Origin: Eledone cirrhosa
Lineage: Eukaryota
Direction of reading: 5' to 3'
DNA: 64,000 nucleotides
Assembly: GCA_964016885.1 (NCBI GenBank)
Contig: OZ024740.1
Location: forward strand, 103,354,001-103,418,000
Shown here: positions 30,676 to 43,020 of the stretch, in pieces
Layout: each line of letters begins with the position of its first letter
Position numbering within the stretch: the first letter of the stretch is position 1
The notes under the pieces: model-generated
The model's database searches: none
Told to the model about the DNA's origin: nothing
What the model saw: the letters and a program-made list of their open reading frames with translations, nothing else
Made by a program: the position numbers and the translations under genes

Positions 30676-31679
30676 ACCTAGCTAAAAGTAAACCCCTATA
30701 CTTAGCTTTTGTCGACTTGGAGAAAGCCTTCGACAGAGTCCCCCGTTCCATTATCTGGTGGGCTCTGAAAGTACAGTAGCTAGAGTCAGAACTGGATGGA
30801 AAAAGTTCAGAGAGCTTATACCATTATTAGCCGCTAAAGGGTTCTCCCTAAAAATGAAAGGCAGGCTGTATGATGCCTGCATACGAACAGCAATGTTGCA
30901 TGGCAGTGAGACCTGGGCATTGTGTGCAGAGGATATACGCAGACTGGAGAGGAACGAAGCTTGCATGCTCCGCTGGATGTGTAATAGTAATATACGTGAA
31001 CGGCAAATCATAAACGAACTAAGGGAAAAATTAGAAATAAGAGGGATCAGATGTTGTTTACTCGAGAGAAAGCTACGTTGGTATGGTCACGTGATGCGCA
31101 TGAAAGACGACAGCTGTATAAAAAAGTGCAGGGCAATAAAAATAGACGGTAGCCACGGAATAGGCAGACCCAGAAAAACCTGGGATGACTTGATAAATTC
31201 TGACCTCACACACTTACACCTCTCCAAGACAATGTCACTGGACCGAGATCTTTGGCGCTAAACAGTAATAGAGAAGACCCGCCTTACCTAAATACAAAGT
31301 AAAACCTACTACAGTCAGTAGGCACCTCTAACAAAATACACCCCCGTCCCACTACCCCCACCCCATCCACACCACCCCTTTCAATGTAAAGTTATGTTGG
31401 TACCAACATCCAGGCCAAAACAAATGAGGTCTTGTAGGTGTCACAACAAAAAAACACACAGTCCACACTGTAATGTGGCCGTGTAGGTAACACGGTAAAA
31501 ACCTCCCAGTTCCACACTGTAAATGTGGTTGGTGTTAGGAAGGGCATCCAACTGTAGAAAACCCGCCAGACAGTCCTATGCGAGCAAGACAACCACACTT
31601 GCCTCAAGTGGGAAAACTCCCGTCCAAACCCATGCAAGCGTGGAATATGGACGTTAAACGATGATGATGATGATGATGA
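30676..31679 (+). mobile_element. RTE LINE (family A) fragment with internal RT deletion
   Basis: [29 protein letters not shown] joined directly to SESTVARVRTGW at ~30762. Confidence 0.93.
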
Positions 31680-31689
31680 CGAGTGAAAG

Positions 31690-32017
31690 TATAAGGAAAA
31701 AAGATGAAATCGAAAATGCAACTGGAGTCTTTTTTTTTTTAAATATATTTATTTGGTTCCTTTACTGGTTTCGCAGTTCTTGTGCTTTTCAAAAGTAGAA
31801 TTGGGGTTGTGGTTTTGCTCACATCTGGTTGGTGTTTGAATGTTCCATATAATACAGAAGTAACAGTCAAACACCAACCAGATGTGAGAAAAACCACAAA
31901 CCCTCCATCTCAATTCTACTTTTGAAAAGCACAAGAACTGCGAAACCAGTAAAGGAACCAAATAATTTTTTTTTTTTTTAAAAAGATTCCAGTTGCATTT
32001 TCGATTTCATCTTTTTT

Positions 32018-32023
<6 letters not shown>
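31690..32023. repeat. Long fold-back inverted repeat, ~150-bp arms
   Basis: tataaggaaaaaagatg...ggtgtttga versus tcaaacacc...catcttttttccttata. Confidence 0.9.
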
Positions 32024-32055
<32 letters not shown>

Positions 32056-32057
<2 letters not shown>

Positions 32058-32363
32058 TCTCACTACCATGTAATATCGCATTTGAGGGATAGTTGCTGAA
32101 TTGATATTACTCTGAAAGAATCTCTTCAGCATTTTCTACTGAAAAAAATCTTTTTCCTTCCTACTATTTGTATCATCATCATTATCATCATTTTACGTCC
32201 GCTCTGCAAGCAGGGAAGAGCGGACGTATGATGATGATGATGATGATACAAATAGTAGGAAGGAAAAAGATTTTTTTCAGTAGAAAATGCTGAAGAGATT
32301 CTTTCAGAGTAATATCAATTCAGCAACTATCCCTCAACTGCGATATTACATGGTAGTGAGACC
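32056..32363. repeat. Inverted repeat, ~135-bp arms, centred on two opposed RTE family C tails
   Basis: ggtctcactaccatg...tatcatcatc versus gatgatgata...catggtagtgagacc. Confidence 0.9.
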
Positions 32364-33060
32364 TAGGCATTGTGTGTTGAAGACTTGCGTGGATTAGAAA
32401 GAAATGAAACTTGCATGCTCCGATGGATGTGTAATAGTAATATGCGCAAACGGCGAAGCATAAACGAATTGAGAGAGAGACTAAGCATAAGAGGTATCAA
32501 ATGTGTTCTGGAGAGGAGATTGCGTTAGTATGGACATGTGATGCGTATGAAGGACGACAGCTGTATAAAAAAAGTGCAGGGCAATGAAAATTGATGGAAG
32601 CTACGGAGTGGGTAGACCAAGAAAAACCTGGGACGAGGTGATAAAAACTAACCTTGCACCTCTCTAAGACAATGACACTGGATCGATATCTTTGGCGCCA
32701 TGCAGTTGTACAGATGACCCAACTGCCATTGCATACAAACCTAGTCAGTAGGCACCTCTTAACCCAATGTACACCCCACCTCACACACCCTACCCCATCC
32801 TCTCTTTCCTGTTCCGTCCACTGTGTCGATGATACAACATTCCACACTGTAAGGTGACCGTGTAGGAGACATGGTAAAAAGGCTCCCAGTCCACACTGTA
32901 AATGTGGTTGGTGTTAGGAAAGGCATCCAGCTGTAAAAAAAAACCTGCCAGAGACACTTCCGTATGAGCAAGACAGTCTCCTGACCATTCCCGCATCTAA
33001 TGGAACAAAATCATCTAACCCATGCTAGCGTGGAAGATGAACGTTAAACGACGATGATGA

Positions 33061-33062
<2 letters not shown>
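32340..33062 (+). mobile_element. Degenerate RTE LINE 3' fragment
   Basis: LHGSET..RLERNE..MLRWMC remnants and typical tail. Confidence 0.9.
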
Positions 33063-33132
<70 letters not shown>

Positions 33133-33247
33133 TAATAAGAGGGATTCCAACTTTGTCTGATTTACTCGTTTTATTTACAATCCTTTAAAATTTATAATGG
33201 TATTATAATGAAATAGTATGATAGAATATTAAATGTTAAGTGTTAAT

Positions 33248-33286
33248 TGAACAAGTACTTTCATGCTTTTGCAATCTTCAGGTTCA
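33248..33286 (-). ncRNA. 39-nt minimal type I HHR
   Basis: Minus: tgaac-CTGAAGA-ttgcaaaagcat-GAAA-gtac-TT-gttca; palindromic stem III AGTACT. Confidence 0.85.
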
Positions 33287-33537
33287 TAATGTGTGGTGAC
33301 AGCAGTCAAGTTTGCAATTTTCAACAGTTGAAAATTGCAAACTTGACTGTCAATTTTCAATGCCCTAGGGACCGCATTAGGAGATTTAGCGATTTCTCTC
33401 TATAATTCTTAGTCTTTCTTTTTAGATATATACATAGATATAACGTTGCGCCCTTATAATATGTCTGTATGTCTGGCTGTCTGCATTACTACATTATGAT
33501 GCTATATGTGTATGTGTGTGTATATGTATATATAGTA

Positions 33538-33576
<39 letters not shown>

Positions 33577-33633
33577 TGTGTGTATAACGTTTTTCGAAAT
33601 ATTTACTTCTGTGTTCACAGATTGATTTTATTT

Positions 33634-33684
33634 AGTTTCAGAAGATCCCGTTAAGGGTGAAAGCAGCGATTCTTTGCTTAAACT
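33634..33684 (+). ncRNA. Second copy of the CAGAAGA-core HHR-like motif
   Basis: Identical to 30301-30351 while the upstream flank differs at several positions. Confidence 0.72.
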
Positions 33685-34480
33685 TTAATCTGTTATTTTA
33701 ATATATATATATATATATATATAATTATATATTCGTGTACAGATATTTTTGCATACACAATAACAAAATATAAACAAACGGGGCTCGATAAGGATAAATA
33801 TATATCAAATATATAAGAACCCTAGAGCAAATCCCGAGCTATACATATATATATATATTCCACGGTTACGAGAATGAGTACTCAATACCATAGTAGAGAT
33901 TAATCTTTTTTAGTAAGGCCAAGCCAGAGTTCTGTTACGCTATAGTTTCGTGTCTGTTATTATAACAGGGTCATCGTCTTGTCTGATGGCCCTATCCAAC
34001 TCATACCAGCGTGGAAAGCGGACATAAAATGTTGATAATGATGATGCTGATATATCTCAAGTATTCACTCCATTACTTGACAAAATACCTCAGGCTATCT
34101 ACTTTGTTAAATATTCATATAACTTTATGATTTATAATTTTGCTTTATCTTCATGCATTATGAGTCATCGATTGATTGGTCGGACTACAATGTTATCTTT
34201 TTTTTTTTAAATGTGCACCATTACCTATTATATACATAGTTATATGTCACTAGATGAGGAAGATTCAGAAATAAAGAGAAATAATCAACACAATAATCTT
34301 GTCAAAATAGTATGGTATACGTTAAATTAACAGGTGTCGATATGTTTTTGTGTGATATATATTTGCTTATATAGGTGGCAGAAAATGTGTGTGCGGGCAT
34401 ATGTAGCGAAATCTGTCCACACCTTAACCCCCACCCTCTCGGCACAACTCGAGAACATATATATATATATATATATATAT

Positions 34481-34552
34481 TGCCTTGTCCGATGAACGAA
34501 TGAGGACGATTTTCGTATTCGTCTTATTCGGGAAACCTCTGGTAATGAGGTA
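34481..34552 (+). ncRNA. Type I HHR with CCGATGA (C4) core
   Basis: tgccttgt-CCGATGA-acgaatgaggacga...tcgtcttattcgg-GAAA-cctctgg-TA-atgaggta; downstream sequence resembles 30565-30630. Confidence 0.7.
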
Positions 34553-34654
34553 ATTATATTGTATTGTTTATTATACATTAAATTTAGCTCTGGTACTTAC
34601 ATAGAGCACTCTTCACTCCTATGACTTTTTCAATTTTCAACGGAAACTTCAATA

Positions 34655-34711
<57 letters not shown>

Positions 34712-35514
34712 AGTAACACCTCCATTTTACAGACATTTATAATATATCATATTTAGATCTAAGTTTCAATAGAAAAGTTGCTTGCTAATCTTCCACGGTC
34801 GGAATTTCGTGGGAAAAGGTGCGACTTATACATGAATATATACTGGCCATGGAAAAACAAATTATGCAGAGCGTTAACAGGAGTGATACAGCTGAGTGAT
34901 TAGGTGACAATGCGTACCATCTTGGATGGCTCGTAGTTTCGAGTTGATCAAAGTTTTCTCAATGAAGTTGGAGAAACAAACTGTTTGTCAAAATGGCATG
35001 CGGATTCTGCCAGAAAACTACGTTAAGGATGTATGTGTCTGTAGAATACCCAGCCAATTACACATTAATTTAACGAGCATGTAGGTAGTTCATTGATCGT
35101 ACAACAGAGCTACTTACTCATCGTCGAAAGCGACGGACAATCCATTGATTTACTGTGTATATATGTGTGTGTGTGTTTGCTGAACTAATTTCTGGATTCA
35201 AAGATATTGGACATATCTTTAAAGTTTGATTATCACAACATCCAATTCCTTCTCTCATATAAATATGAGTGATCCCGTTTAACTATTGAAATAATCGTAC
35301 ACTCCATTATAGTTATTGATGATCTAGGGCAGTATACACTGGACGTCAGAGAAAAGTTTTAACCTCTTACATTGACAGATCAAACTTTCTTCTGTAAACA
35401 ATAAAACAGATAGTAATATGTGTGTATAAGGGGTCTTAAGTAAGAAATAAAGTCAGAATAGAATAGAAATAAAAAGCAGTGTCCCAACAGAATATGTCAC
35501 TTCCTCAATCTTAC

Positions 35515-35527
35515 CTGTGGTCGCCAT
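35515..35527 (-). CDS. Candidate first coding exon of an unidentified host gene (M-A-T-T, phase-1 intron)
   Basis: Minus: GGAAG ATG GCG ACC ACA G|GTAAGA; YY1/Kozak-type AAGATGGCG plus a consensus donor in non-repetitive sequence. Confidence 0.55.
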
Positions 35528-35901
35528 CTTCCTTTCGTGTAAATAATTAGAACACAGGTAGGCAATACCGCTGGCACTCACTCACACACTTCCGTTGTCC
35601 TATTGTCCCTCGCACACACTCTCATACTCACACATTCGTTATATCACACATTACCTCAAAGCTATCTTTTAAACAAATAAAACTTTAACCAACAAACAAA
35701 ACACCAGAGGGGAGGGGGTTATTTGATGATGCAATTAAGTTCTCTCACTCTCATAAATACATAAATTCGTATAAATACATTTATTAATGCTGGGGTTATT
35801 AAGTGAAAAAATAACAACAAATGTTTATTTACTAATGAAAGAACTTAATATTGTTAGTAGAGTCAAATTTATTATATAGAGTTCAGTCCAACCTTTAGAT
35901 T

Positions 35902-36377
35902 CGCCTTTCAAATTATATTCAAATGAAGTGAAAAGGTGACATATAGAGCACAGAATTATATTTATCTCCTTTTGGTGTCTGAATACACCTAGAGAGGTGA
36001 AACATAGTCACACCCAAATCCTGCACACAAATGAAGAATAAAAAGACTTGACGGTGATTTCAACTTTCACCTACTACTCTCGGATCTTGAATAATCGTCT
36101 CCTCCTTCTGCTAATTAATTTTTCAGATTTTTTCCAACGCCTTTCAAATTATATTCAAATGAAGTGAAAAGGTGACATATAGAGCACAGAATTATATTTA
36201 TCTCCTTTTGGTGTCTGAATACACCTAGAGAGGTGAAACATAGTCACACCCAAATCCTGCACACAAATGAAGAATAAAAAGACTTGACGGTGATTTCAAC
36301 TTTCACCTACTACTCTCGGATCTTGAATAATCGTCTCCTCCTTCTGCTAATTAATTTTTCAGATTTTTTCCAACGCC
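35902..36377. repeat. Exact 236-bp tandem duplication, each unit with a degenerate HHR-like motif
   Basis: ggtgt-CTGAATAc-acctagagaggt-GAAA-cata-GTC-acacc at 35974-36014 and 36210-36250. Confidence 0.85.
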
Positions 36378-36668
36378 CCCCCCCCCCCCCCCCCCCGACC
36401 GCCGCCGCTTATTTTTTGCTAATCTATCTCTGGCGAAATTTTATTTTAAGTGGTAGCATTTCCTGCAACAATCAATTTTCTTTATACGTGACAAAAGTAC
36501 ATTAGAAATTTCATACGTTATAAAATAAATAGGGTGGGTTGGGGTCTCTATGTCAACTAAACGACTAATTCTGGGTTTTTTAAAAATCAACCTCGAAAAA
36601 TTACCGATTTTCCACGCACACACTCTGCTTATTCCACCACCACCCCTATTATTTGGGACCCGAGGGTA
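36311..36668. mobile_element. Probable TA-flanked MITE (Tc1/mariner-type)
   Basis: Imperfect TIRs tactctcggatcttgaataat / attatttgggacccgagggta. Confidence 0.5.
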
Positions 36669-36681
36669 TTTATATGTATGT

Positions 36682-36825
36682 AAGGCGGCGAATTGGCAGA
36701 GTCGTTAAGACGTCGGATAGAATGCTTTACGGTATTCGTCTCACCTCATTGCACGCTCTGAGTTAACTTTACCTTTCATCCTTTCGAGGTTGATAAAAAT
36801 GTGCCAGGCTAGTACCGGGTCGATT
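36682..36825 (+). mobile_element. Older tRNA-derived SINE (second family)
   Basis: ggcggcgaattggcagagtcgtta...tttacctttcatcctttcgaggttgataaa; many relatives in 48-61.6 kb. Confidence 0.75.
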
Positions 36826-36959
36826 CTTCCTCTATAGAAAAAATCGCCAGGTTTAAAAGTGCCCTAGACACGCCTTATGACGGTGTCTCTACGACTCCAC
36901 AAGGAGTTATAGGATCTTTATCCTTTATCCTGCATATGTATATTTGAGTAGATTTATTC

Positions 36960-37520
36960 ACTTTCAGTCCGGCGAATTTTCCCCACTCACGCCACCAGAG
37001 GTTTTACCAACATTGCCTTTTGAGACCCCAAAGGTTCCTACCTCAGCAGCGTTGTTCTCCCTTGGAGTGCCAATTACTGACCAACCCTTCAAGTCCATCT
37101 TTCCATCTAAGGTGGTTAACCTCGAGGCTATTGAGCCTCACCAAGGTTTGTATATACTTAGAAATTACTTGTCGATTCCTAAGTTGTGTTTCCTCAGAGT
37201 TAGCCCCTCTTACAGATTTTCGTCGTCTGTCCAGCGCTTTGACGACTTAATATTCACTGAACTCGAGGGTTTGGTCAATGTCAGACTCTCTCCAGTGTCA
37301 CGGGGCCGAGCTGCCTTGTTCAAACGGTTTGGAGGTTTAGGTCTGCGTAAATATTCGACTGTCTCTATCTTGCTTTATTTCCTCCATCCACGCTTGCTCC
37401 CTTACAGCAGGTGACATCCGCTCCTTTTCATCAGGGAGATGGGTGAAGCTTTACTACATTGGCGAGTGCTGGATTTGTCAGTTCCTGCTACTGACGAGGA
37501 AAAATGGAAGCAGAGGGTAT
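36960..37520 (+). pseudogene. Decayed CRE-like non-LTR retrotransposon RT C-terminal fragment
   Basis: LRNYLSIPKLCFLRVSP...RFD...AALFKRFGGLGLR motif pattern. Confidence 0.6.
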
Positions 37521-37805
37521 GTGTAGCAAAATCTCTTCGCATATAATGACCACCGAATGACATCTTGCATGATGATTTTCGACCACATTAGTTTTGATGT
37601 GGTCGAAAATCATCATGCAGGAGTTTTAGCGAAAAACAAATTTAACCTAATAACAAATGTTTTGAAGATCCAAAACGGAGAAAGCAGACTTTGCTAACAT
37701 CAAATTTTTTTATATATGTTATAAAAATCATTTTTGTATATATACCAGGTGCGCTTTTCAAACCCTTTTCTTTTTTATCATTTTCTTTTTATATATATAT
37801 ATAAG

Positions 37806-37891
37806 TGTGAAGAGCAGATCGATAGTGGGGTCGGATCCATTACTCCTATGGGTGACCTTGAGTCAATTCTCTGCGAAACGCGCGTAACAGG
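37806..37891 (+). ncRNA. 5'-damaged HHR remnant
   Basis: (t)GTGAAGA-gcaga...tctgc-GAAA-cgcgcg-TA-acagg; 5' side of stem I and C3 lost. Confidence 0.6.
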
Positions 37892-37935
37892 TCGATTCAC
37901 AATAAACAACATATACATCTAAATGAAACATCCTC

Positions 37936-38001
<66 letters not shown>

Positions 38002-38006
38002 AAATG

Positions 38007-38095
<89 letters not shown>

Positions 38096-38195
38096 AAATG
38101 AAAATATAGAAATTATTGTGAGCAAGAAGCCAACAGTATTTCATAATATATAAGTGACTATAACGTCAAAGTGGAAAATATATATATATATATAA

Positions 38196-38273
<78 letters not shown>

Positions 38274-38424
38274 AGGGGGTGTAACTTGGAGTTACTGCAG
38301 GTTCACTCGGGAGAGCACTCGATGTTTAGGTTCACTTCTGTGATGAGGTATAGAGCTATACAGAGTGTAATATATTGAAAGGATAACAAGGACGATTGAT
38401 TACTCCTTCATTGCATTTATTGGT

Positions 38425-38511
38425 AGGTGACGCGTGTTTCGCCACTGATCAGCTCAAGGTTCGATCTGTATCGATCCTACCCGACTCAATAATCGGCGGC
38501 TCGACGGACCC
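38425..38511 (-). ncRNA. Degenerate HHR with long branched stem II
   Basis: Minus: gggt-CCGTCGA-gccgccgat...atcagtggc-GAAA-cacgcg-TC-acct; two core deviations. Confidence 0.6.
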
Positions 38512-38627
38512 TTTAAAATGCTATAAGAAAATTAAATACATGCTATGTGGTAAAGCCAGAATTTCAAGAGTTTGACAATATGAGTTGTTTTGATTGGTGG
38601 GAAGGAACAAAGGGATGTACTGGCCTG

Positions 38628-38716
<89 letters not shown>

Positions 38717-38721
<5 letters not shown>

Positions 38722-40055
38722 CGAAGATACTGGGTTGTATGAATGTAACACGGAGACATGGTTTGTGTGTATAATATTTAATTAACAATCTAACAGTATA
38801 GTTGACATGTCAATGAATAAACGAAAGAATGAAGCAAAGTTAGTAGTTACCGTTTTGATTGCCAGGCAAACGCGAGACGCCTGGCGAAGGCCAGGCGCCG
38901 GAAGGGCAAATGAGAGGGAGAGAGCCGAGAGCTATTCGTTTTATAGGGCTCTGCCGGAAGTTACAGAAAGGGTTCTACTTCCCGTCTAGATGTTAATCTA
39001 TTGGGGTTGTGAGTCACAACAAGGGAGGCCACTGCTACATAACCTCCCGCCAGAATTTTAGAATATAAAAATCGAATGAAATATGTAGCAAGTTGGCGAG
39101 AATGTTGTAACAGGCATGAAAATTACGACAAAAGAATGTTTGCAAAAATCAATGATAGATATCAAGGTAGCCAACCGCTCTTGGCCAGAGAACGACTGGA
39201 CATCTATCTATCCATCACCCAAAGATACAGTGTAATAACGTAAGAGAAGAGCTCAAAGTTTAAATGTACAAAATATAGTTCACAGGTGTGCAATCACATG
39301 ACAGCAGGAAAGAAAGTGTGTTCCAGAGAATGAATGCCGGTGGTTTCTGTTCTGTGGTATATCATGAAATTTCCAACCTCCGAATGGATTTTCTCACAGG
39401 AAGAGTGCTGCAAAAATAAATTCTCTGGCTTGTTCTGCTGGTTTTGGTTGTTGGTGAAGCTGTGTTGATGTTGTTGTCTCGCTGAGTGAGCGTATTCGGT
39501 GTTTAAATTCACAGTAAAAAAAAAAATTTTTTTCAGAAAAATTGAGTTGCGCAAAGTGCTAGAAATAACAGCCGAAGTTGATGGTCGATGTTGAGAATGC
39601 GTTGACCTGGAAGGGTCAAGAGGCCAGCGACCAAAGAAATAAGCATTCTGAATAAATGCGCAGTTTTCAACGGCAAATTTACGTGGTAAATTTTTAAACC
39701 GGCAAATAGGAGAATATAGCTTAAGGCTGAAGAATCCTTGGCGAGAAACGTTATCTCTGGCATGCGGCTATCTCTGTGAGTCGAGATATCTCTGTGAGTC
39801 GAGAATTTGTGCTGCCCACACGTGCCAACACAAGGTTAAGCTAGGTTGAAAAAATAATATTTCTAACGCGCGAGAAAATGATAGTACAAGTGTGAAAGTG
39901 ACAATGATGAAAAAGAAAGGCTTCACTTAGCATAATTATTGGTGTGAACTTTGGAAAAAAAAAACTTGAACGATGAAGAAAACGATGAAAAAAAAGGCAA
40001 TGGTTCATCGAAAATAAATGTTCCTGTCGAAATGTTTTTTAAAGAATATCAAATT

Positions 40056-40090
<35 letters not shown>

Positions 40091-40729
40091 TGTTCGTTGT
40101 AAGAAACGAGAAACATATATATATATATATCGTGAAATGCGACAGGGTTGATGCGTGAGAGAAAAAGTCTGTCTGTATGGGAAAATTTCACATGTGCGTG
40201 GTGTGTTCGTTTCTTTCACTGAGTATTTTCATAGTTTGTTAATAAATTTGCTGTGTATTCGTAATGTTACTCACACAACACCAGATTCCGCTATTTTTTT
40301 CTTTTTTCGGGGTGACCACTTATAACAATGAACGGCTGCGTGTTCGTATCACGTCAGGGTTACCAATATAGCGATGATAAGCTGCGTGCCCGTATCACGT
40401 CAGGGCCACCAATATAGCGAAGATACTGGGTTGTATGAATGTAACAAGGAGACATGGTTTGTGTGTATAATATTTAATTAACAATCTAACAGTATAGTTG
40501 ACATGTCAATGAAATAGATGAAAGAATGAAGCAAAGTTAGTAGTTACCGTTTTGATTGCCAGGCAAACGCGAGACGCCTGGCGAAGGCCAGGTGCCGGAA
40601 GGGCAAATGAGAGGGAGAGAACCGAGAGCTATTCGTTTTATAGGGCTCTGCCGGAAGTTACAGAAAGGGTTCTACTTCCCGTCTAGATGTTAATCTATTG
40701 GGGTTGTGAGTCACAAGGGAGGCCACTGC

Positions 40730-40733
<4 letters not shown>
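38717..40733 (-). mobile_element. Non-autonomous LTR retrotransposon: ~320-bp LTRs (38717-39039, 40413-40733), tRNA-Trp PBS, non-coding interior, inserted in (TA)n
   Basis: Near-identical direct repeats starting TGTAGC on minus; PBS TGGTGGCCCTGACGTGAT next to the 5' LTR; purine tract before the 3' LTR. Confidence 0.9.
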
Positions 40734-40801
<68 letters not shown>

Positions 40802-41520
40802 CACTTACATATGGTAAAAAGCACTCGTTGGGGTTCGTTAGGAATTTTTTTCTAGATTTTTTTTTTTTTTTTTTTTTTTTCATGTTTTCAACTAATCCGA
40901 CCTCTGAAAAGTTAGCAATTGACTTTTTTCCGAAAACGAATTTTCCCAGCCTCGGAGATTTCTTCGGTTGGAATTTTTTTCGTTTGTTTTCAACTGATCT
41001 GACATCCGATTCACTCGTCAAGCACTCCTTTTTCCGAAAATGGAGGTGGGGATGTAGGGGGACCCTACATCGGAATTACAGATAAGCACCTCTCAACCGT
41101 TTAAACTTATAGAAAAGCACCTGCTGGGGATCGCTAAGTTTTTTGGGTTTTCGCCCCACCCCTCTCATTCCGTTTTCAGGAAGGGGAGGGTCAATTGCGA
41201 GCATGTCGGAGGTTAGATTAGTTAAAAACACACGAAAAATGAACTACGAAAAAAATTATAGTGAAAGAAAGAACTAATGGCCTCAGATAGAAAACTGCTG
41301 TATACTTTTTTGTAGAAAGAAAAAGGAAGATGTGATGAGGAATGTTACTCGAAATATTGGACATCGCGAGATTGCCAGTGCACCCGTCGACCGGATCTGC
41401 TCCTCGTTGTTGGTAAAATCTCCAACGAGTTGCTGTTGTTGCCATACTCTCTTGGGGCATATTTTAATTGCCGATGGAAACGTTCTACCATACCATTAGC
41501 TGCAGGGTAGTAAGCCGTTG

Positions 41521-41879
41521 TGTAGCAAAATCTGTGGGAGACAGAAAGCGACAAGTATATAAAGCCTGTATCATCCCACGTCTAACACACAGAGAGATCG
41601 GAGCATTACGCTAGCAAATAGCTATGTGAAAGATTCACTGCTACCTACAGGTCTCTGAGGTCTACAGACAACCGCAGACCATTACTCTCTCTTTCTCCTG
41701 GTCTCAGACTACACCAGCCTCATGAACCAACAACAAAATAACATCGTCAACCTTCGCAACTCGTGATAACTTGTTTATTGTTCCTTTTCACTGAAGTGAA
41801 GTAAACCTTTTTATATATAAAGTAAATCAGCTATTCTTGTTATTTCATCTAACAACCACTACTAATACCCTTCGTTACA
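41521..41879 (+). mobile_element. Solo LTR with 4-bp TSD GTTG inserted in the Gypsy integrase
   Basis: gttg|TGTAGC...GTTACA|gttg; TATATAAA near 41556; integrase sequence resumes on both sides. Confidence 0.85.
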
Positions 41880-43020
41880 GTTGTACATATTTGGTTGCAA
41901 CCTAGAAGGCGTGTTAATTCATAAAAAAGGTTCGATTCGAACTGACCTCCCCTGTTCGTGGTAATGGTAGGTGTGCCATCACGTGAAATCCAATGCTATA
42001 CTAGCGCTTTGGAAATAGTTTCGACTGTATTATCAGGTTGGTGAATGACTCTAGGCCACCGGAAGAATTGTCCACACAGGTTAAAATGTGAGTGCAGCCT
42101 TGAGAAGGAAGTAGTGGTCCGACGATGTCGATGCGCACAAGTTGGCAACGTGCATCCGGTGTTGCGAAAGTGCCCAGACAACACACCGAGTTGTTATTAA
42201 CTTCAAGGTGGAGTTGGCATCAGGCTGCGATAAATTATGCAGAGCAAAAAAAAAGCGAACGTCTATGCTTTAGGGAGGTAAATAAGTGTGTTCGTGACCC
42301 ACAGACACATCACACCAAATACGACCAGAAGAAAAAGTTAGAGAAAAGAGTTTGAAAGTCAAAGAAGGAGAGGGAGAATTTCGAAGTTTGAGGAGTTCCT
42401 CGTCCGTTTCTTGGGCGGCGGCAATATCTCGGAGGTTGATTGAAGCAGAGGTGTGCAGTGCACTTAAGTGTGCTCGAGAAAGGGCGTCGACTGCAGAGTT
42501 ATCCGTACCTTTAATGTGACGAATATCCGTTGTATATTGAGATATATAATAAGGTTAGTGACAATCAGGCTTAAAACGTATGTGAGAGGTTTGTGATGTT
42601 TGTAAATGGAGAAAACAGAACCTTCCAACATGTGCCGGAAATATCTCATACTGAAGTACGCTGCCAAGAGACTCCAATTAAAAGTGCTGTACATCGTTTC
42701 AGCTGGCTTGAGACGTTTAGAGAAAAAAGATATCGGCTGCCATGCATCGTCTATACGTTGTTTCAGGACGCCACCGACCCTGACATCTGACATGTCAACG
42801 AACAGACATAGCAGTGCATCAGGTCTAGAATACATCTGCTAAGGCCCTTTTGATTCTAAGAAAAGCAGCTGCTTGTGTATCATCGAAAGTGATGAGCGAG
42901 TTCTTCCGTTTGCACTACCGTAGAATGTCTGTTAGCGACTGGAGAAGTACTGCATAGCGAGGAATGAGCCAGCGGTAAAGATTTGTCAAGCCAAGAAACT
43001 CACGTACTTTCCTCGAGGAC

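Noticed and set aside
31935-31960. GAAAC-ca-GTA half-hammerhead in the fold-back
   Set aside because: No CTGANGA half or matching stem I in the insert; at most a truncated remnant.
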